DNA of 64,000 nt from a virus. Position 1 is the stretch's first letter; each line of letters starts with the position of its first letter. The notes under the pieces are model-generated. The model was not told the origin of the DNA and did no database searches. It saw only the letters and a program-made list of their open reading frames with translations. Shown piece by piece: positions 30,067 to 40,260 of the stretch. The stretch covers positions 1 to 64,000 of IMG/VR virus record IMGVR_UViG_3300037258_000514, one strand, 5' to 3'. A program made the position numbers and the translations under genes.

Positions 30067-30333
30067 ATGCCCGATACATTAATTGATGTACAAAATATAG
30101 TTGCTAAACAACTGGGTGTTGAATTAAACGCTGTACAACCAGAATCATTACTAGCCGAAGAACTCGGTGCAAATTCGCTAGACAAGGTTGAAATTATTAT
30201 TCGTATTGAAGAACGATATGACATTATTATTCATGATAATGATGCTAAGGATATACGAACTGTTTCTGATGCAGTTAAAGCTATTGATGAACGTGTAGCT
30301 CAGAGAGAAGAAAAACTTGATATATCCTTCTGA
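30067..30333 (+). CDS. acpP: Acyl carrier protein
   Basis: IVAKQLGV..V.PES.L.EELGANSLDKVEIIIRIEERYDI.I.D.DA..I.TV.DAV; Ser of (D/N)SL motif retained. Confidence 0.85.
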   Translation: MPDTLIDVQNIVAKQLGVELNAVQPESLLAEELGANSLDKVEIIIRIEERYDIIIHDNDAKDIRTVSDAVKAIDERVAQREEKLDISF

Positions 30334-30571
30334 ACTTGTCGAGGAAGTAACAATAGGATTTAAGAATCCAAAAATACGTCGTGTCCTTCGTATTTACAGA
30401 AAAGCTTTTGGAGTAGATCCAGCGCATATTGGTGGATATTACGATGCCGCGTATCTTCTGAAAGTTATACGTTTTTCAGAGTTTTATGCTAGAATGCGTA
30501 ATAGACGCGCTGTAGCAATAATTAAGCAATTGCGGAAGGAGTTATCTGCATGTCGTCGCCAGAAGAAGTAA
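30317..30571 (+). CDS. Small basic hypothetical protein
   Basis: Fills gap, overlaps both neighbours. Confidence 0.45.
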   Translation: MIYPSELVEEVTIGFKNPKIRRVLRIYRKAFGVDPAHIGGYYDAAYLLKVIRFSEFYARMRNRRAVAIIKQLRKELSACRRQKK

Positions 30572-31038
30572 CTAATCAGCGAGTGGCAGTGTGTACTGAA
30601 GCAGAATCTTGGATAAAAACTCCTTTTCATCACGCTGCCTGTGTAAAAGGAGCGGGAGTTGATTGTGCACATGTTGGAGCAACGTTTGAAAAAGTTCTCG
30701 GGATAAAACTTCCTTTTCCATCGTACTACGCATCTCAGTGGCATTTACACGAAACAATGACTCCAGAAGGATTGAGATTCGTAGAAATATACGTTGATGG
30801 CCTCCATAATGGAGGATTTATTGATATTACTAAAGAACAAGCTCTTCCCGGAGATGTAGTTCTATCAAAACTTGGACGCACATTTTGTCATGGCGGTATT
30901 ATCGTAGGATGGCCTTGGGTTGTTCAGGCAGAATCTTCTCCTGTGGGTGCCGGGAAAGTAGTTAAAGCAAATGCTACAGCAAATTGGTTCCTATCAGGAA
31001 GAACACTAAAATTCTTTTCTTATAAGGATTGGCATTAA
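30550..31038 (+). CDS. NlpC/P60 tail-associated peptidase
   Basis: W.KTPFHH..CVKGAGVDC, PGDVV, HGGI. Confidence 0.9.
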   Translation: MSSPEEVTNQRVAVCTEAESWIKTPFHHAACVKGAGVDCAHVGATFEKVLGIKLPFPSYYASQWHLHETMTPEGLRFVEIYVDGLHNGGFIDITKEQALPGDVVLSKLGRTFCHGGIIVGWPWVVQAESSPVGAGKVVKANATANWFLSGRTLKFFSYKDWH

Positions 31039-31040
31039 AG

Positions 31041-34000
31041 ATGGCTTCTACTAAAGCGCCCGCCCAACAGACACAAAGAGTTACCGGATTACAAATATCT
31101 GATACTGCTATGGGGCAATGTCTTCAATATGTATTTGGACATTGCCGTTGTCCTCATACCCTAATCTACTACTCAAACTTTCAAGTTCATCAACAACAAA
31201 ACTCTCTGAAGAAAGGAGGCAAAGCGGGAAGTACCAACTGGTACAGTGTTAACGCTGATTTCTTTCTTGGTTATGGTCCATTTGAAGGTCTTGTAAGTTG
31301 CTGGGAAAGTAGCGTTTGGTATTATGCAACATACAGTTCGCAAACATTTACAGGATCAGGAACAGGAACGCAATTCAATTTTACAATAAGTAACAATTCT
31401 TCTGATCTAATTCTCGTAATGGGCGTAGCTTATAGTTCAGCATATAATATCAACTACAGCGATTATGCTGATCCATTTACAACAAACGCATTTAATTTAT
31501 CAGGTACATCGTATCTTCCTCTATATAACGCCTTCTTTCCATTGCCAAATTACGGAAATATTTCTTTAAGTGGACAACCTTTTGCATACTATAATGATAA
31601 TCCAACAGAACCAACAGTTACAGTAATTTTTCCATCTGCAGTTACAAGTCCTCAGATTATTGTTTACTATGCTGAAGTTGGAGGAAATAACGGTTTAATC
31701 AATAATCAATCAGGTAAAAAAGGTGGTGGGAATCTTCCTTATCAAAATGGCGGATTAGTTTTTGAAAGAGTATTAGGTGTCGGACCTTCAGGAAATCCTC
31801 TTACATATCCAGAATTTTCTGGAGATGGCGGCGCTAATATTGCATTGGGCGCGTCAGCAATTCTGCCTCAGTTTAACTATGAGGTAAAAGCTTTATTTGG
31901 ATTAGGTAATTCATCACCTGTTAGCACATACAATCCAGGAGCGGCTCCTGGAGACCCTGGTCAGTATATTGCTAAAACGACAAGTGGTGATTGTAATCCT
32001 GCAGATATTATCTGTGACCTAATTTGCTCAGGCAATAGAGAACCTGGGGACGTAGATTTTGTTTGGCAGCATGGATTAGGATTTAGTAGCTATATTCCCT
32101 CCACAGTTGATGCTTATTGGGCATATAGTCGATTTGGGGGTATCTTAAAAGATGAACCTAATTTGAACGGAACTAGTGGAGGAACGCATACATTTTATCG
32201 CCCAACAACATCTTCCGGTTCAGGAGGACCAGTACCGGGATATGTAAACCCCGCAAATGCTTATGACAATGATCCTACTACGTTTTCATCGGGATTTACT
32301 AATGTAGCTATTGATGATCTTGTCAGTGAAACCTGGAGTGGATTTCCCGCAGGAACAGTTAGTACTAATACGTTTTTAAGAATATTGTCTTCAGTTCCAA
32401 AAGTTGTTTCCGGAGGATTAGCAGAACTTCAATATTCAATTGATGGTGGATCATCCTTTACTACAATATATTCAGAAACATCGCAATCAGGACAAGATGT
32501 GTCCAGAAACGAACAAACTGACTCTGTTTTAATTCCTAGTGGGACATCAATGACTGATGTTCAGGTACAAGCTATTGTAAACTTTGGATCAGGAAGTGCA
32601 AGTCAACTTATTAATGAGATCTATCTTGACGCAGTAGTTTTTTCTGGAGGAGGAGGAACTGGAAGTTTAGGTTTAACAAATCTAAGAAACTACTGTATGG
32701 CTTACAACATCTTTATTTCAGGAGCTATAGATAATCAATCTATAGCAGCACAAATACTAGACGATCTTGCTGCAGTGGCAAATAGCGCCCCGGTATTTGA
32801 TGGCGCAGCTCTTGATTTTATTCCTTACTGCGAAGTTAGTAACTATGGGAATGGTACAAGTTATGTAGCCCTATCTGCAAGTGGGCCACTTTTTAATCTG
32901 ACATCAGCTAACTTCTTGCCTGTAAAAGGAAAAGCTCCCGTTGAAGAAACTTATGATAGAGCAAAAGATAACTTCAACTCAATTCAAGTAGGATTTAAAG
33001 ATGCTACTGCTCAATGGACAGATAACTTTATAATCTTAACAGATTCAATGGATGTTACTATCCAAGGAGCAATGAATTCTACACAGAGAAATTTTTCGTA
33101 TATAACGAATGCAGCTACAGCGCAAGCCGTTGGGTATCCACTATTACGGCGAACATTATTAGTAGAACGAAAAGAATATAAATTTTCTCTTCCTGCCGTT
33201 TGGTCTACAATCCTTACACCAATGGATCTAGTTACATTAGATGAATCTACGATTAGTTCTTATCCAATACCTGTAAGGATTAAAACTTTATCGCTAGATA
33301 AAAAAATGGAACTGCAAGTTACGGCTGAACCATACATCTATGCATCAAGCAGTCCGATAGTTCCGGGAGCGACAGGAACTGCGCAAGCTATTCAAAACCC
33401 CGGGAATGGTAGTAATGATCCGGGAAATATTAATACACCTATAATTTTAGAAACAGTTCCAAAACTTATACCGACAGGACCCTCAATTGCATTTTGTGTT
33501 TCAGGTTCCGGAGCCTACTGGGGCGGCGCTATTATTTGGATGTCCACTGATGGAGGAAATTCTTATGCGCAAGTTGCAGGTGTAACAAATAGACAAACAC
33601 AGGGAGTAACATCAACATCAACATATCCTAATAATACTGACCCTGATAGCACAGACAGTTTATTTGTTGATTTAACTGAGAGTTTAGGGACACTCAATAG
33701 TGTTTCGTCTTCACAGCAAGATCAATTCTTTCCTTCTTTGTGTTACTTACAAGGCGGAGGAACATTTACAGATCCAAACGGTAATATCTTTACAATTCCT
33801 TATGAATTGGTGTCATTTCAAACTGCAACATTAACTGCTGCTAATAAATATGAAATGGGTGCTGTTACATCTACGCCTATTCGACGCGGCGTATTTAATA
33901 CGCCTCCTACTTCACATGCATCAGGCAGTCAGTTTTCGTTTTTATCAGATGGTATTGTAGTAACAATAAATCTTCCAAACAACTTAATTGGAACAACGCT

Positions 34001-34853
34001 TTACTTTAAGTTTACTTCATTTAATATTCAGGGAGGTAGTTCTCAGCAACTACAAGATGTTTCTGCATATACATTTACTCCAACAGGTCAGGTTGGATGG
34101 ATGCAAGGCACATACACTGTTTCTCCACAACCTACAATTTACCAAGGCCAGAGTGGAGGGTGGGCTGGTGTTGATACAAATAGTTCTACATGGACTACAT
34201 CAGCAGATATATACTTCCCACCTATTACAACGACTTATTCAGGTGGATCATCTGTGAAATATGCTGCAAGAGATGCGGGAATCGTTGCGTTTACTAATCC
34301 GCTAGGTGGCGAACAAACTTGGGTTACAATTTATGATCCTGGGTTGGTAGGAGATTTTGGCGCATCTTCTCTTCTTAACACGTATGCTGATCTAAACCAG
34401 ACACGGTGGAATACGCCCGGCTATATTCGTGTAGGTACTCTGACATCATTAGCTTTCTCTGGTGGAGGCGGTTCAGGGGGAGGTGGAGGAACAAGTCCAG
34501 GTGGAGTAAACGATTCCATTATGTATATTCCAATTGTTGCTGGAACGTATGCCGCAAATCAAGAATTATTTTACACAATTTATCCAAGAACCGTTACTTT
34601 CCCTGTAAATCTAACAGGTACAACTGTTGGAAGTAGAGTTAATCCAACTTCTACTGTAACTGTAACATTAAATAAAAATGGAAGTTCAATAGGAACAATT
34701 AGTATAACATCGGCAGGGGTAGCAACAATAACATTTACGGCTGCTGTTTCATTTAACGGAATTTCAGATAGCTTTAGTATCGTAGCACCTTCTAGTTCTG
34801 ATTCTGCCTTTGCAGGTTTCTTCATGGCGATATACGCAAGTAGGAGCAACTAA
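31041..34853 (+). CDS. Tail tip/host-specificity protein (gpJ/megatron-like)
   Basis: 1270 aa after NlpC/P60; DCNPADII, LRNYC, LTPMDLVTL, RRGVFNT, LYFKFTSFN. Confidence 0.8.
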   Translation: MASTKAPAQQTQRVTGLQISDTAMGQCLQYVFGHCRCPHTLIYYSNFQVHQQQNSLKKGGKAGSTNWYSVNADFFLGYGPFEGLVSCWESSVWYYATYSSQTFTGSGTGTQFNFTISNNSSDLILVMGVAYSSAYNINYSDYADPFTTNAFNLSGTSYLPLYNAFFPLPNYGNISLSGQPFAYYNDNPTEPTVTVIFPSAVTSPQIIVYYAEVGGNNGLINNQSGKKGGGNLPYQNGGLVFERVLGVGPSGNPLTYPEFSGDGGANIALGASAILPQFNYEVKALFGLGNSSPVSTYNPGAAPGDPGQYIAKTTSGDCNPADIICDLICSGNREPGDVDFVWQHGLGFSSYIPSTVDAYWAYSRFGGILKDEPNLNGTSGGTHTFYRPTTSSGSGGPVPGYVNPANAYDNDPTTFSSGFTNVAIDDLVSETWSGFPAGTVSTNTFLRILSSVPKVVSGGLAELQYSIDGGSSFTTIYSETSQSGQDVSRNEQTDSVLIPSGTSMTDVQVQAIVNFGSGSASQLINEIYLDAVVFSGGGGTGSLGLTNLRNYCMAYNIFISGAIDNQSIAAQILDDLAAVANSAPVFDGAALDFIPYCEVSNYGNGTSYVALSASGPLFNLTSANFLPVKGKAPVEETYDRAKDNFNSIQVGFKDATAQWTDNFIILTDSMDVTIQGAMNSTQRNFSYITNAATAQAVGYPLLRRTLLVERKEYKFSLPAVWSTILTPMDLVTLDESTISSYPIPVRIKTLSLDKKMELQVTAEPYIYASSSPIVPGATGTAQAIQNPGNGSNDPGNINTPIILETVPKLIPTGPSIAFCVSGSGAYWGGAIIWMSTDGGNSYAQVAGVTNRQTQGVTSTSTYPNNTDPDSTDSLFVDLTESLGTLNSVSSSQQDQFFPSLCYLQGGGTFTDPNGNIFTIPYELVSFQTATLTAANKYEMGAVTSTPIRRGVFNTPPTSHASGSQFSFLSDGIVVTINLPNNLIGTTLYFKFTSFNIQGGSSQQLQDVSAYTFTPTGQVGWMQGTYTVSPQPTIYQGQSGGWAGVDTNSSTWTTSADIYFPPITTTYSGGSSVKYAARDAGIVAFTNPLGGEQTWVTIYDPGLVGDFGASSLLNTYADLNQTRWNTPGYIRVGTLTSLAFSGGGGSGGGGGTSPGGVNDSIMYIPIVAGTYAANQELFYTIYPRTVTFPVNLTGTTVGSRVNPTSTVTVTLNKNGSSIGTISITSAGVATITFTAAVSFNGISDSFSIVAPSSSDSAFAGFFMAIYASRSN

Positions 34854-36190
34854 TGTCAATTCGTTTTGTTGAATCCGGCGGACAATACCATCTTAACTCT
34901 GGAGTGGGAGTTGCAGGAGTATGGGGATCCGCTTCTAGTAACGGCATTGTTAGTAATGCTATTGCTAGGAATGGTAGTACTTATGCTTATGGGCAGAATA
35001 GTAACTTAAAAACTCCCAATCTTGGAGGCGGTTCAGGATATAATGGCATGGTTGCTGGATTTGCGCTTTATTCTCCAACGATTACAAACAATCAACAACT
35101 AATTGTCTTTTTAGATAATTCGAATGCAAATCAATGCGATGTTAGAATGAATGGCTCCGGCCAGCTTTTCTTCACAAGAAATGGAACAACGATAGGAAGC
35201 ACTAGTACAAGCGTTTTAACTGCAAATACCTGGAGTTATATAGAATTTAAAGCTTCATTTAGTATAACGGGAACAGGCAGTTGTGAAGTTAGAGTAAATG
35301 GAATAGTATTTGTATCCTCTTCGAGTTTGACAAATGCTACTACAACAGCGAAAGGGTTTGGTGTTCAATTTGCTACAGAAAATGCAGCAAATGCAGCTGC
35401 TATGGATTTTTATGTACTCGACACTGACTCAAGTAGCGGTGGCGGTTCAAATCCAAATAATACGTATTTAGGTGATATAACAGTTGCAGAAATTTATCCG
35501 AACGGCGCTGGAGTTCATTCGGATTGGTCGCAAGCTACAAACAATGGCGGAGCAGGTTCTCCTCCTCCGTTTGCTTTGTCATCATGTAATAATACATCAG
35601 GCGGCACAACTGTTTATAACAGAACAACAACTGCAACAGGAGAAGCTACCAATGCCTACCAAGGCTACTACTTTATTGTATCAGGATTTGTCACACATAG
35701 CGCACAGAATAATGGGACATTTTTATGTGATTTATCATCAACTACAACAATAACGTTATCGAATCCGAATGGGATAGCCGAAACTGTTTCTGCATCGGCA
35801 GCTTTCCAAGCTATTACGCAATGCGGTATCCATGGCGGTATTGTAGACGGCTATCAACTTGGCGCTGTTGGAACGCGTAATAATGGTGATGCTACATTTA
35901 TACTAGACAGTTCTTCAGGCGATATAAATGATTTTGCTCATCAAACCCTACCAGGAATCGGTACAATTTATGGTGTAGTTCATGTTTCTCTAGCCCGGGA
36001 TGATGCTGGCGGCGGAGCAACAATGAATCAAGTTTGTATTTCAAATGCGACTACTGAAACATCGACAGCTATTTCTCTTGGAGCTTCGTACCAGTACTAT
36101 CAAGACATTATCGAACTAGATCCTCATACATCAGCAACATGGACTGGTTCAAATTATAATGCGGCTACATTCGGTCCAAAGAAAACATAA
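34853..36190 (+). CDS. Tail fibre/receptor-binding-like protein (paralog of 26614..27891)
   Basis: Motifs shared with the paralog along its whole length. Confidence 0.6.
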   Translation: MSIRFVESGGQYHLNSGVGVAGVWGSASSNGIVSNAIARNGSTYAYGQNSNLKTPNLGGGSGYNGMVAGFALYSPTITNNQQLIVFLDNSNANQCDVRMNGSGQLFFTRNGTTIGSTSTSVLTANTWSYIEFKASFSITGTGSCEVRVNGIVFVSSSSLTNATTTAKGFGVQFATENAANAAAMDFYVLDTDSSSGGGSNPNNTYLGDITVAEIYPNGAGVHSDWSQATNNGGAGSPPPFALSSCNNTSGGTTVYNRTTTATGEATNAYQGYYFIVSGFVTHSAQNNGTFLCDLSSTTTITLSNPNGIAETVSASAAFQAITQCGIHGGIVDGYQLGAVGTRNNGDATFILDSSSGDINDFAHQTLPGIGTIYGVVHVSLARDDAGGGATMNQVCISNATTETSTAISLGASYQYYQDIIELDPHTSATWTGSNYNAATFGPKKT

Positions 36191-36193
36191 CAA

Positions 36194-36499
36194 ATGGCGA
36201 TTAGAAATAGTCAAGACATTACACTAGTTGTTTTTTCAGGACAACCAAATGTAAGAGTTTCGCAAGACATTACACTAGTTGTTTTTTCAGGACAACCAAA
36301 TGTAAGAGTTTCGCAAGACATTACACTAGTTGCTTATACGAGACTTTTTGGTCCTGCAACACAGCTACTTACATTTACTGATCCTGGATTCGGTTTTAAG
36401 CCTGTGATACGAAGAAATCAAGGATTATTTCAAACGGCAAGTACTTTAGTATATCCAACAACACGAAAAGTATTTCCGATTGTATTTTGTGTAACATAG
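36194..36499 (+). CDS. Small repeat protein (RxSQDITLV x3)
   Basis: 17-aa tandem repeat. Confidence 0.65.
   Translation: MAIRNSQDITLVVFSGQPNVRVSQDITLVVFSGQPNVRVSQDITLVAYTRLFGPATQLLTFTDPGFGFKPVIRRNQGLFQTASTLVYPTTRKVFPIVFCVT
36212..36332 (+). repeat. Perfect 51-bp coding tandem repeat, about 2.4 copies
   Basis: caagacattacactagttgttttttcaggacaaccaaatgtaagagtttcg at 36212 and 36263, partial at 36314. Confidence 0.95.
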
Positions 36500-36508
36500 G
36501 GAGGCAGT

Positions 36509-38002
36509 ATGAAGTGGAAGTTAGTTACAGCATTGCTATGTATTTGTATTGGAATCGTATCGTGTACAAAACCCGCGCAACAATCGAGTGCCAAACTTGT
36601 ACAAAATAAAACACTCGCACCCGAACAGCCTCAACCCAGTACAGTGCAAGGGGCGCCAACAAGTTATACAGTTGCAAGAACCGATCAAGCTATAACACAG
36701 GTTCCTGCTCCAATGCCTAAGTGGGGTTCAACAGGTATAGGACAGAAATGGTGTAATCCTGCTTTCAACGGAATTTGTATGATTCGTTTAACAGATAGAA
36801 CATCATGGCCGAATGCTGCCTCGGGTTTATCTGTTGAAGCCGGGAAAGAAAATCCTTTTTCAAAGGATTCAAAGTTTGTTATGGTATCGAATTCTAACGG
36901 AGCTTCGAAGATAATTGCGTTTGATCCGAAGAAAGAGCTCCCCAAAGCAACCGCTACCGTATTTAAAAACGGTCCTGCTGAATTTTCTTACAATGAAGCA
37001 AATAGTGCATTTCAGCGGCAGAATAAAACTCAAGTTGCTAAACTTACTTCAACAAATAGCTGGTTAACATATTCATCAACATTAGTATATGATTTTGCTA
37101 AGTGTTTGCCTACAGGATATGTTGTTACATGGGTAAGTTCCTGGTCGATCTCTTCGAGCGATACAGAGTTTACTTCCATTTATTCAAATAATGGCGGACA
37201 AGGATCTGGTGGACTTGTAGTGTACTGGAAGAAAAGTAAAGGCTGTGCATCGTTAAATACACTTACAGGAGTTGTAACAGACTGGAACGGAAAAGTACTC
37301 GGGACTATTGATGATGGATCTAAGCCTCTAGCCGATAGATTTGTTGTTCATGATGGTGGTTCTGTAAAAATGCCTGGAGTCGTATCTTTGGGTTATTCAG
37401 TTAATGACAATACTAAAGGTGCGAAAGGGACATCAGGTTGTAAAGCAGGAGATTGCGCTGGTAATGATCCTTACTTTTGGGAAGTGTATGATTCATCAGG
37501 AAAAGTTACTACGCATCTTCGACCATGCGGTCCTTATCAATGCGGAGGACATTCAGCCTCAGCGTATCAACATGCTGCGGGCAAAAAGCTAGAATTGCAC
37601 AATCTATTAAATCCTTCAACACCTTTAACAAAGTTAATTACACTTCCCTGTTGCGGTTATGACATGCAAGGATCTTGGAATAATGCTGATAGCACAAGTG
37701 CGCAGCCAATAGCAATCGTTACGTCACTTGTAACAAAAGTACCTGGTCCTCCATTTAACGGACCTTACCAGAATGAAATCACAATGGTTCAACCTGTAGC
37801 TAATGGCAAAGCTTGGAGAGAGGGGCAAACATTAAATACAGGAATGTCTCCTTACTATATTTGCCAAACAGCGCATCAATCTATAAGTCCGGATGGACAT
37901 TGGGTTCTATTCTCTACAGATGCTGGGGGTAATGGCGCTTTAGGGTATGAAGTAGGTAGCGCTATATCTGCATGTGACGCCTTCTTGATGGAATTAAAAT
38001 AA
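36509..38002 (+). CDS. Putative lipoprotein, Cys-rich, beta-propeller-like (TolB/WD40-like) segments
   Basis: Signal ending IVSC; FSKDSKFVMV and ISPDGHWVLFSTD motifs. Confidence 0.6.
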   Translation: MKWKLVTALLCICIGIVSCTKPAQQSSAKLVQNKTLAPEQPQPSTVQGAPTSYTVARTDQAITQVPAPMPKWGSTGIGQKWCNPAFNGICMIRLTDRTSWPNAASGLSVEAGKENPFSKDSKFVMVSNSNGASKIIAFDPKKELPKATATVFKNGPAEFSYNEANSAFQRQNKTQVAKLTSTNSWLTYSSTLVYDFAKCLPTGYVVTWVSSWSISSSDTEFTSIYSNNGGQGSGGLVVYWKKSKGCASLNTLTGVVTDWNGKVLGTIDDGSKPLADRFVVHDGGSVKMPGVVSLGYSVNDNTKGAKGTSGCKAGDCAGNDPYFWEVYDSSGKVTTHLRPCGPYQCGGHSASAYQHAAGKKLELHNLLNPSTPLTKLITLPCCGYDMQGSWNNADSTSAQPIAIVTSLVTKVPGPPFNGPYQNEITMVQPVANGKAWREGQTLNTGMSPYYICQTAHQSISPDGHWVLFSTDAGGNGALGYEVGSAISACDAFLMELK

Positions 38003-38048
38003 CAAGACACTTTGTCTAAACTACATTAAAATACAAAAGGAGAAGTAA

Positions 38049-38675
38049 ATGAATACACTAACAGTAAAATTTAGGAACGTAGAAATTGACGATATTCCGC
38101 GTATGGCAACATCACTACTCCTAATCCCGATTCTAGTCGTTATGCTGGGAGCCTGGAGTTGTAGTGTTCAACAAACACAAACATGGTTACAGATTGCGCA
38201 GAGTGATTTACCTGTTCTTTCACAAGAAGCTGTAAATATTTTAAATCTTGTGAATCCTGCTGATAGTGCGATTGCGCAACAAGTATCTACCGCTGCCACA
38301 GTAGCATTAACCCTTATCACTGATGCTATTGCAGCTTACAATGTTAATCCATCAGCTACTACATTGCAGGCCGTTGCAGCAGCATTCGATAAAGCAGGAA
38401 GTGAACTATCAGGATTAATGCAAACATTAACGTTTGTTAATCCTACAGATGAGTTGATCGTTGGCGCGGCTGTAGCTGCTATTGTTACAACACTTGACAT
38501 AATTGCTTTACAGATTCCGGGATCAGCTCCGAATGCAATGAAGGCGCGATTCTCTAGAATGTCAAAATCCGGAACAGTTAAGAATTCTATTCCTACTCCG
38601 CAACAACTTAAGAAAAATTGGAATAAGAATATATGTTCTAAGGGCGTAAATGTTACAACTTGTAAATTGAAGTAG
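38049..38675 (+). CDS. Putative helical membrane lipoprotein
   Basis: Hydrophobic segment ending LGAWSC; Ala-rich helices. Confidence 0.55.
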   Translation: MNTLTVKFRNVEIDDIPRMATSLLLIPILVVMLGAWSCSVQQTQTWLQIAQSDLPVLSQEAVNILNLVNPADSAIAQQVSTAATVALTLITDAIAAYNVNPSATTLQAVAAAFDKAGSELSGLMQTLTFVNPTDELIVGAAVAAIVTTLDIIALQIPGSAPNAMKARFSRMSKSGTVKNSIPTPQQLKKNWNKNICSKGVNVTTCKLK

Positions 38676-38683
38676 GAGTTCAC

Positions 38684-38899
38684 ATGAAACTAAAACTAAC
38701 ACTTTTATTGCTAACGCTATCACCTATGATGTATGCATCGCAGCTTGATAGTAAATCATTGTTTATAGGCGTAGGACTTGGTTTAGGAACCTATGCTTCA
38801 CGACAATATATCGCAAAACCTGTAGCAAAAGCAACAAAGAAAGCTGCGAAGAAAACAGCATACGGTGCCGTTCATATTGTTACCCTAGGGAAGAAGTAA
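38684..38899 (+). CDS. Small membrane/secreted protein
   Basis: Signal-like N-terminus, GVGLGLG helix, basic tail. Confidence 0.55.
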   Translation: MKLKLTLLLLTLSPMMYASQLDSKSLFIGVGLGLGTYASRQYIAKPVAKATKKAAKKTAYGAVHIVTLGKK

Positions 38900-38911
38900 G
38901 GAGTAATCTAA

Positions 38912-39658
38912 ATGAGCAACAGGAAGTTAGGAAAGCTCGCTCCAAAGCAAAATGCTAAAACACTAAAACTCTCTAAATATACTTTTGCTCTGCCTCAAGC
39001 ACCTGCAAAAATATATAGAGAGTATAAAATCCCAGAAGAACTTTGGGGGATGGATGCAAATGATCTGTATGGTGATTGTACATGTGCTGCTATTGCGCAT
39101 ATGTTAATGCTTATAACAGCACATACAGGTACAATGGTAGTACCAACCACACAACAGGTACTTCAGGAATATAGTGATATAACAGGCTTTAACGTTGGAC
39201 CTCCACCAATCAATGATAACGGTGCAGCTATAACTGATGTTCTTAACTATTGGAGAACAACAGGTATTGCAGGGCATAAGATTCTTGGATGGGTTCAAAT
39301 TGACCACACAAATATTGAAGTGGTTAAGCAGGCTATCTGGTTGTTTGGAGCCGTTGATATCGGTGTGATGCTACCGAATTCTGCATCGACTCAAACAGAT
39401 AACAGACAATCATGGAATATAGTTAAACCTGATGGTGGTATTGATGGCGGCCATTCTATTCCTATATTTGGCTATGGAGCGGATGGTTGTACAAGTGTAA
39501 CTTGGGGACAGTTGCAACAGATTAATTGGGCTTGGTTTAACAAGTATTGTGACGAAGCTTATGCAGTCCTTACTGAGGATTGGATTAATCAGGCAACTCA
39601 ATCAGCCCCGAATAATTTTAACTTAGATCAGCTGAAGCAAGATTTAGCGGCGTTGTAA
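38912..39658 (+). CDS. Papain-like (C1) cysteine peptidase
   Basis: NDLYGDCTCAA (Cys), GGHSI (His), VTWG, YCDEAY. Confidence 0.75.
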   Translation: MSNRKLGKLAPKQNAKTLKLSKYTFALPQAPAKIYREYKIPEELWGMDANDLYGDCTCAAIAHMLMLITAHTGTMVVPTTQQVLQEYSDITGFNVGPPPINDNGAAITDVLNYWRTTGIAGHKILGWVQIDHTNIEVVKQAIWLFGAVDIGVMLPNSASTQTDNRQSWNIVKPDGGIDGGHSIPIFGYGADGCTSVTWGQLQQINWAWFNKYCDEAYAVLTEDWINQATQSAPNNFNLDQLKQDLAAL

Positions 39659-39669
39659 GAAAGGACAAA

Positions 39670-39882
39670 ATGTCAGTCCTTGCATGGATTATTAAAGTGT
39701 ACAATAAACTAGTTGCTCTATACAAAATTGCGGAGCAAATACAGAAACAACAGCAGCTTTATCAACAAGATATAGATACAAGATTTGATACTGTAGATAA
39801 GGATCTTGCGTCTATTAAAAAAGCAATTGGGATAGGTGTTCCTGTACAAGAAACAATTGTATGGGGCGCACCAAAACCATAG
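39670..39882 (+). CDS. Small coiled-coil protein ending ETIVWGAPKP
   Basis: SD AAGGA; amphipathic N-terminus. Confidence 0.6.
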   Translation: MSVLAWIIKVYNKLVALYKIAEQIQKQQQLYQQDIDTRFDTVDKDLASIKKAIGIGVPVQETIVWGAPKP

Positions 39883-39916
39883 ATGTTACACAACTAAATG
39901 CGAAAGGAAATTACAA

Positions 39917-40240
39917 ATGCCAGCAACAATTACAGATGTACAGTCAATCCCGGTAACAGGTATCGCAGCGGTTGATGCTGCGGGTGAAGCTGTTACAGTT
40001 GATACCACGCAAGTTACAACAAGTGTTGGGGATCCAACACTTCTTGCGTTCACCTTAGATCCAACAACTAACCTCCCAACGTTTAGTTTCAACAAGGGAG
40101 TATTTACAGGAACTCTTCCTGCAACAAGTCAAGTTAGTTTACAGGACACAGTAAATAATCTAACTTCGCAGGATACAGTTACTGTTAATGCGTCTGCTGC
40201 CACATCTGAGACAGTTCAGTTCGGTACGCCGACTCCGTAA
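39917..40240 (+). CDS. Thr/Val-rich Ig-like small protein ending ETVQFGTPTP
   Basis: SD AAGGA before ATG 39917; AVDAAG motif, beta-rich. Confidence 0.6.
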   Translation: MPATITDVQSIPVTGIAAVDAAGEAVTVDTTQVTTSVGDPTLLAFTLDPTTNLPTFSFNKGVFTGTLPATSQVSLQDTVNNLTSQDTVTVNASAATSETVQFGTPTP

Positions 40241-40260
40241 GATTTCATAACTGATTAATA

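Noticed and set aside
26614-36190. Diversity-generating retroelement acting on the fibre paralogs
   Set aside because: No reverse transcriptase seen; the paralogs differ at all base types and by indels, not only at adenines
36212-36332. CRISPR array
   Set aside because: Head-to-tail identical 51-bp units with no unique spacers, in frame within an ORF
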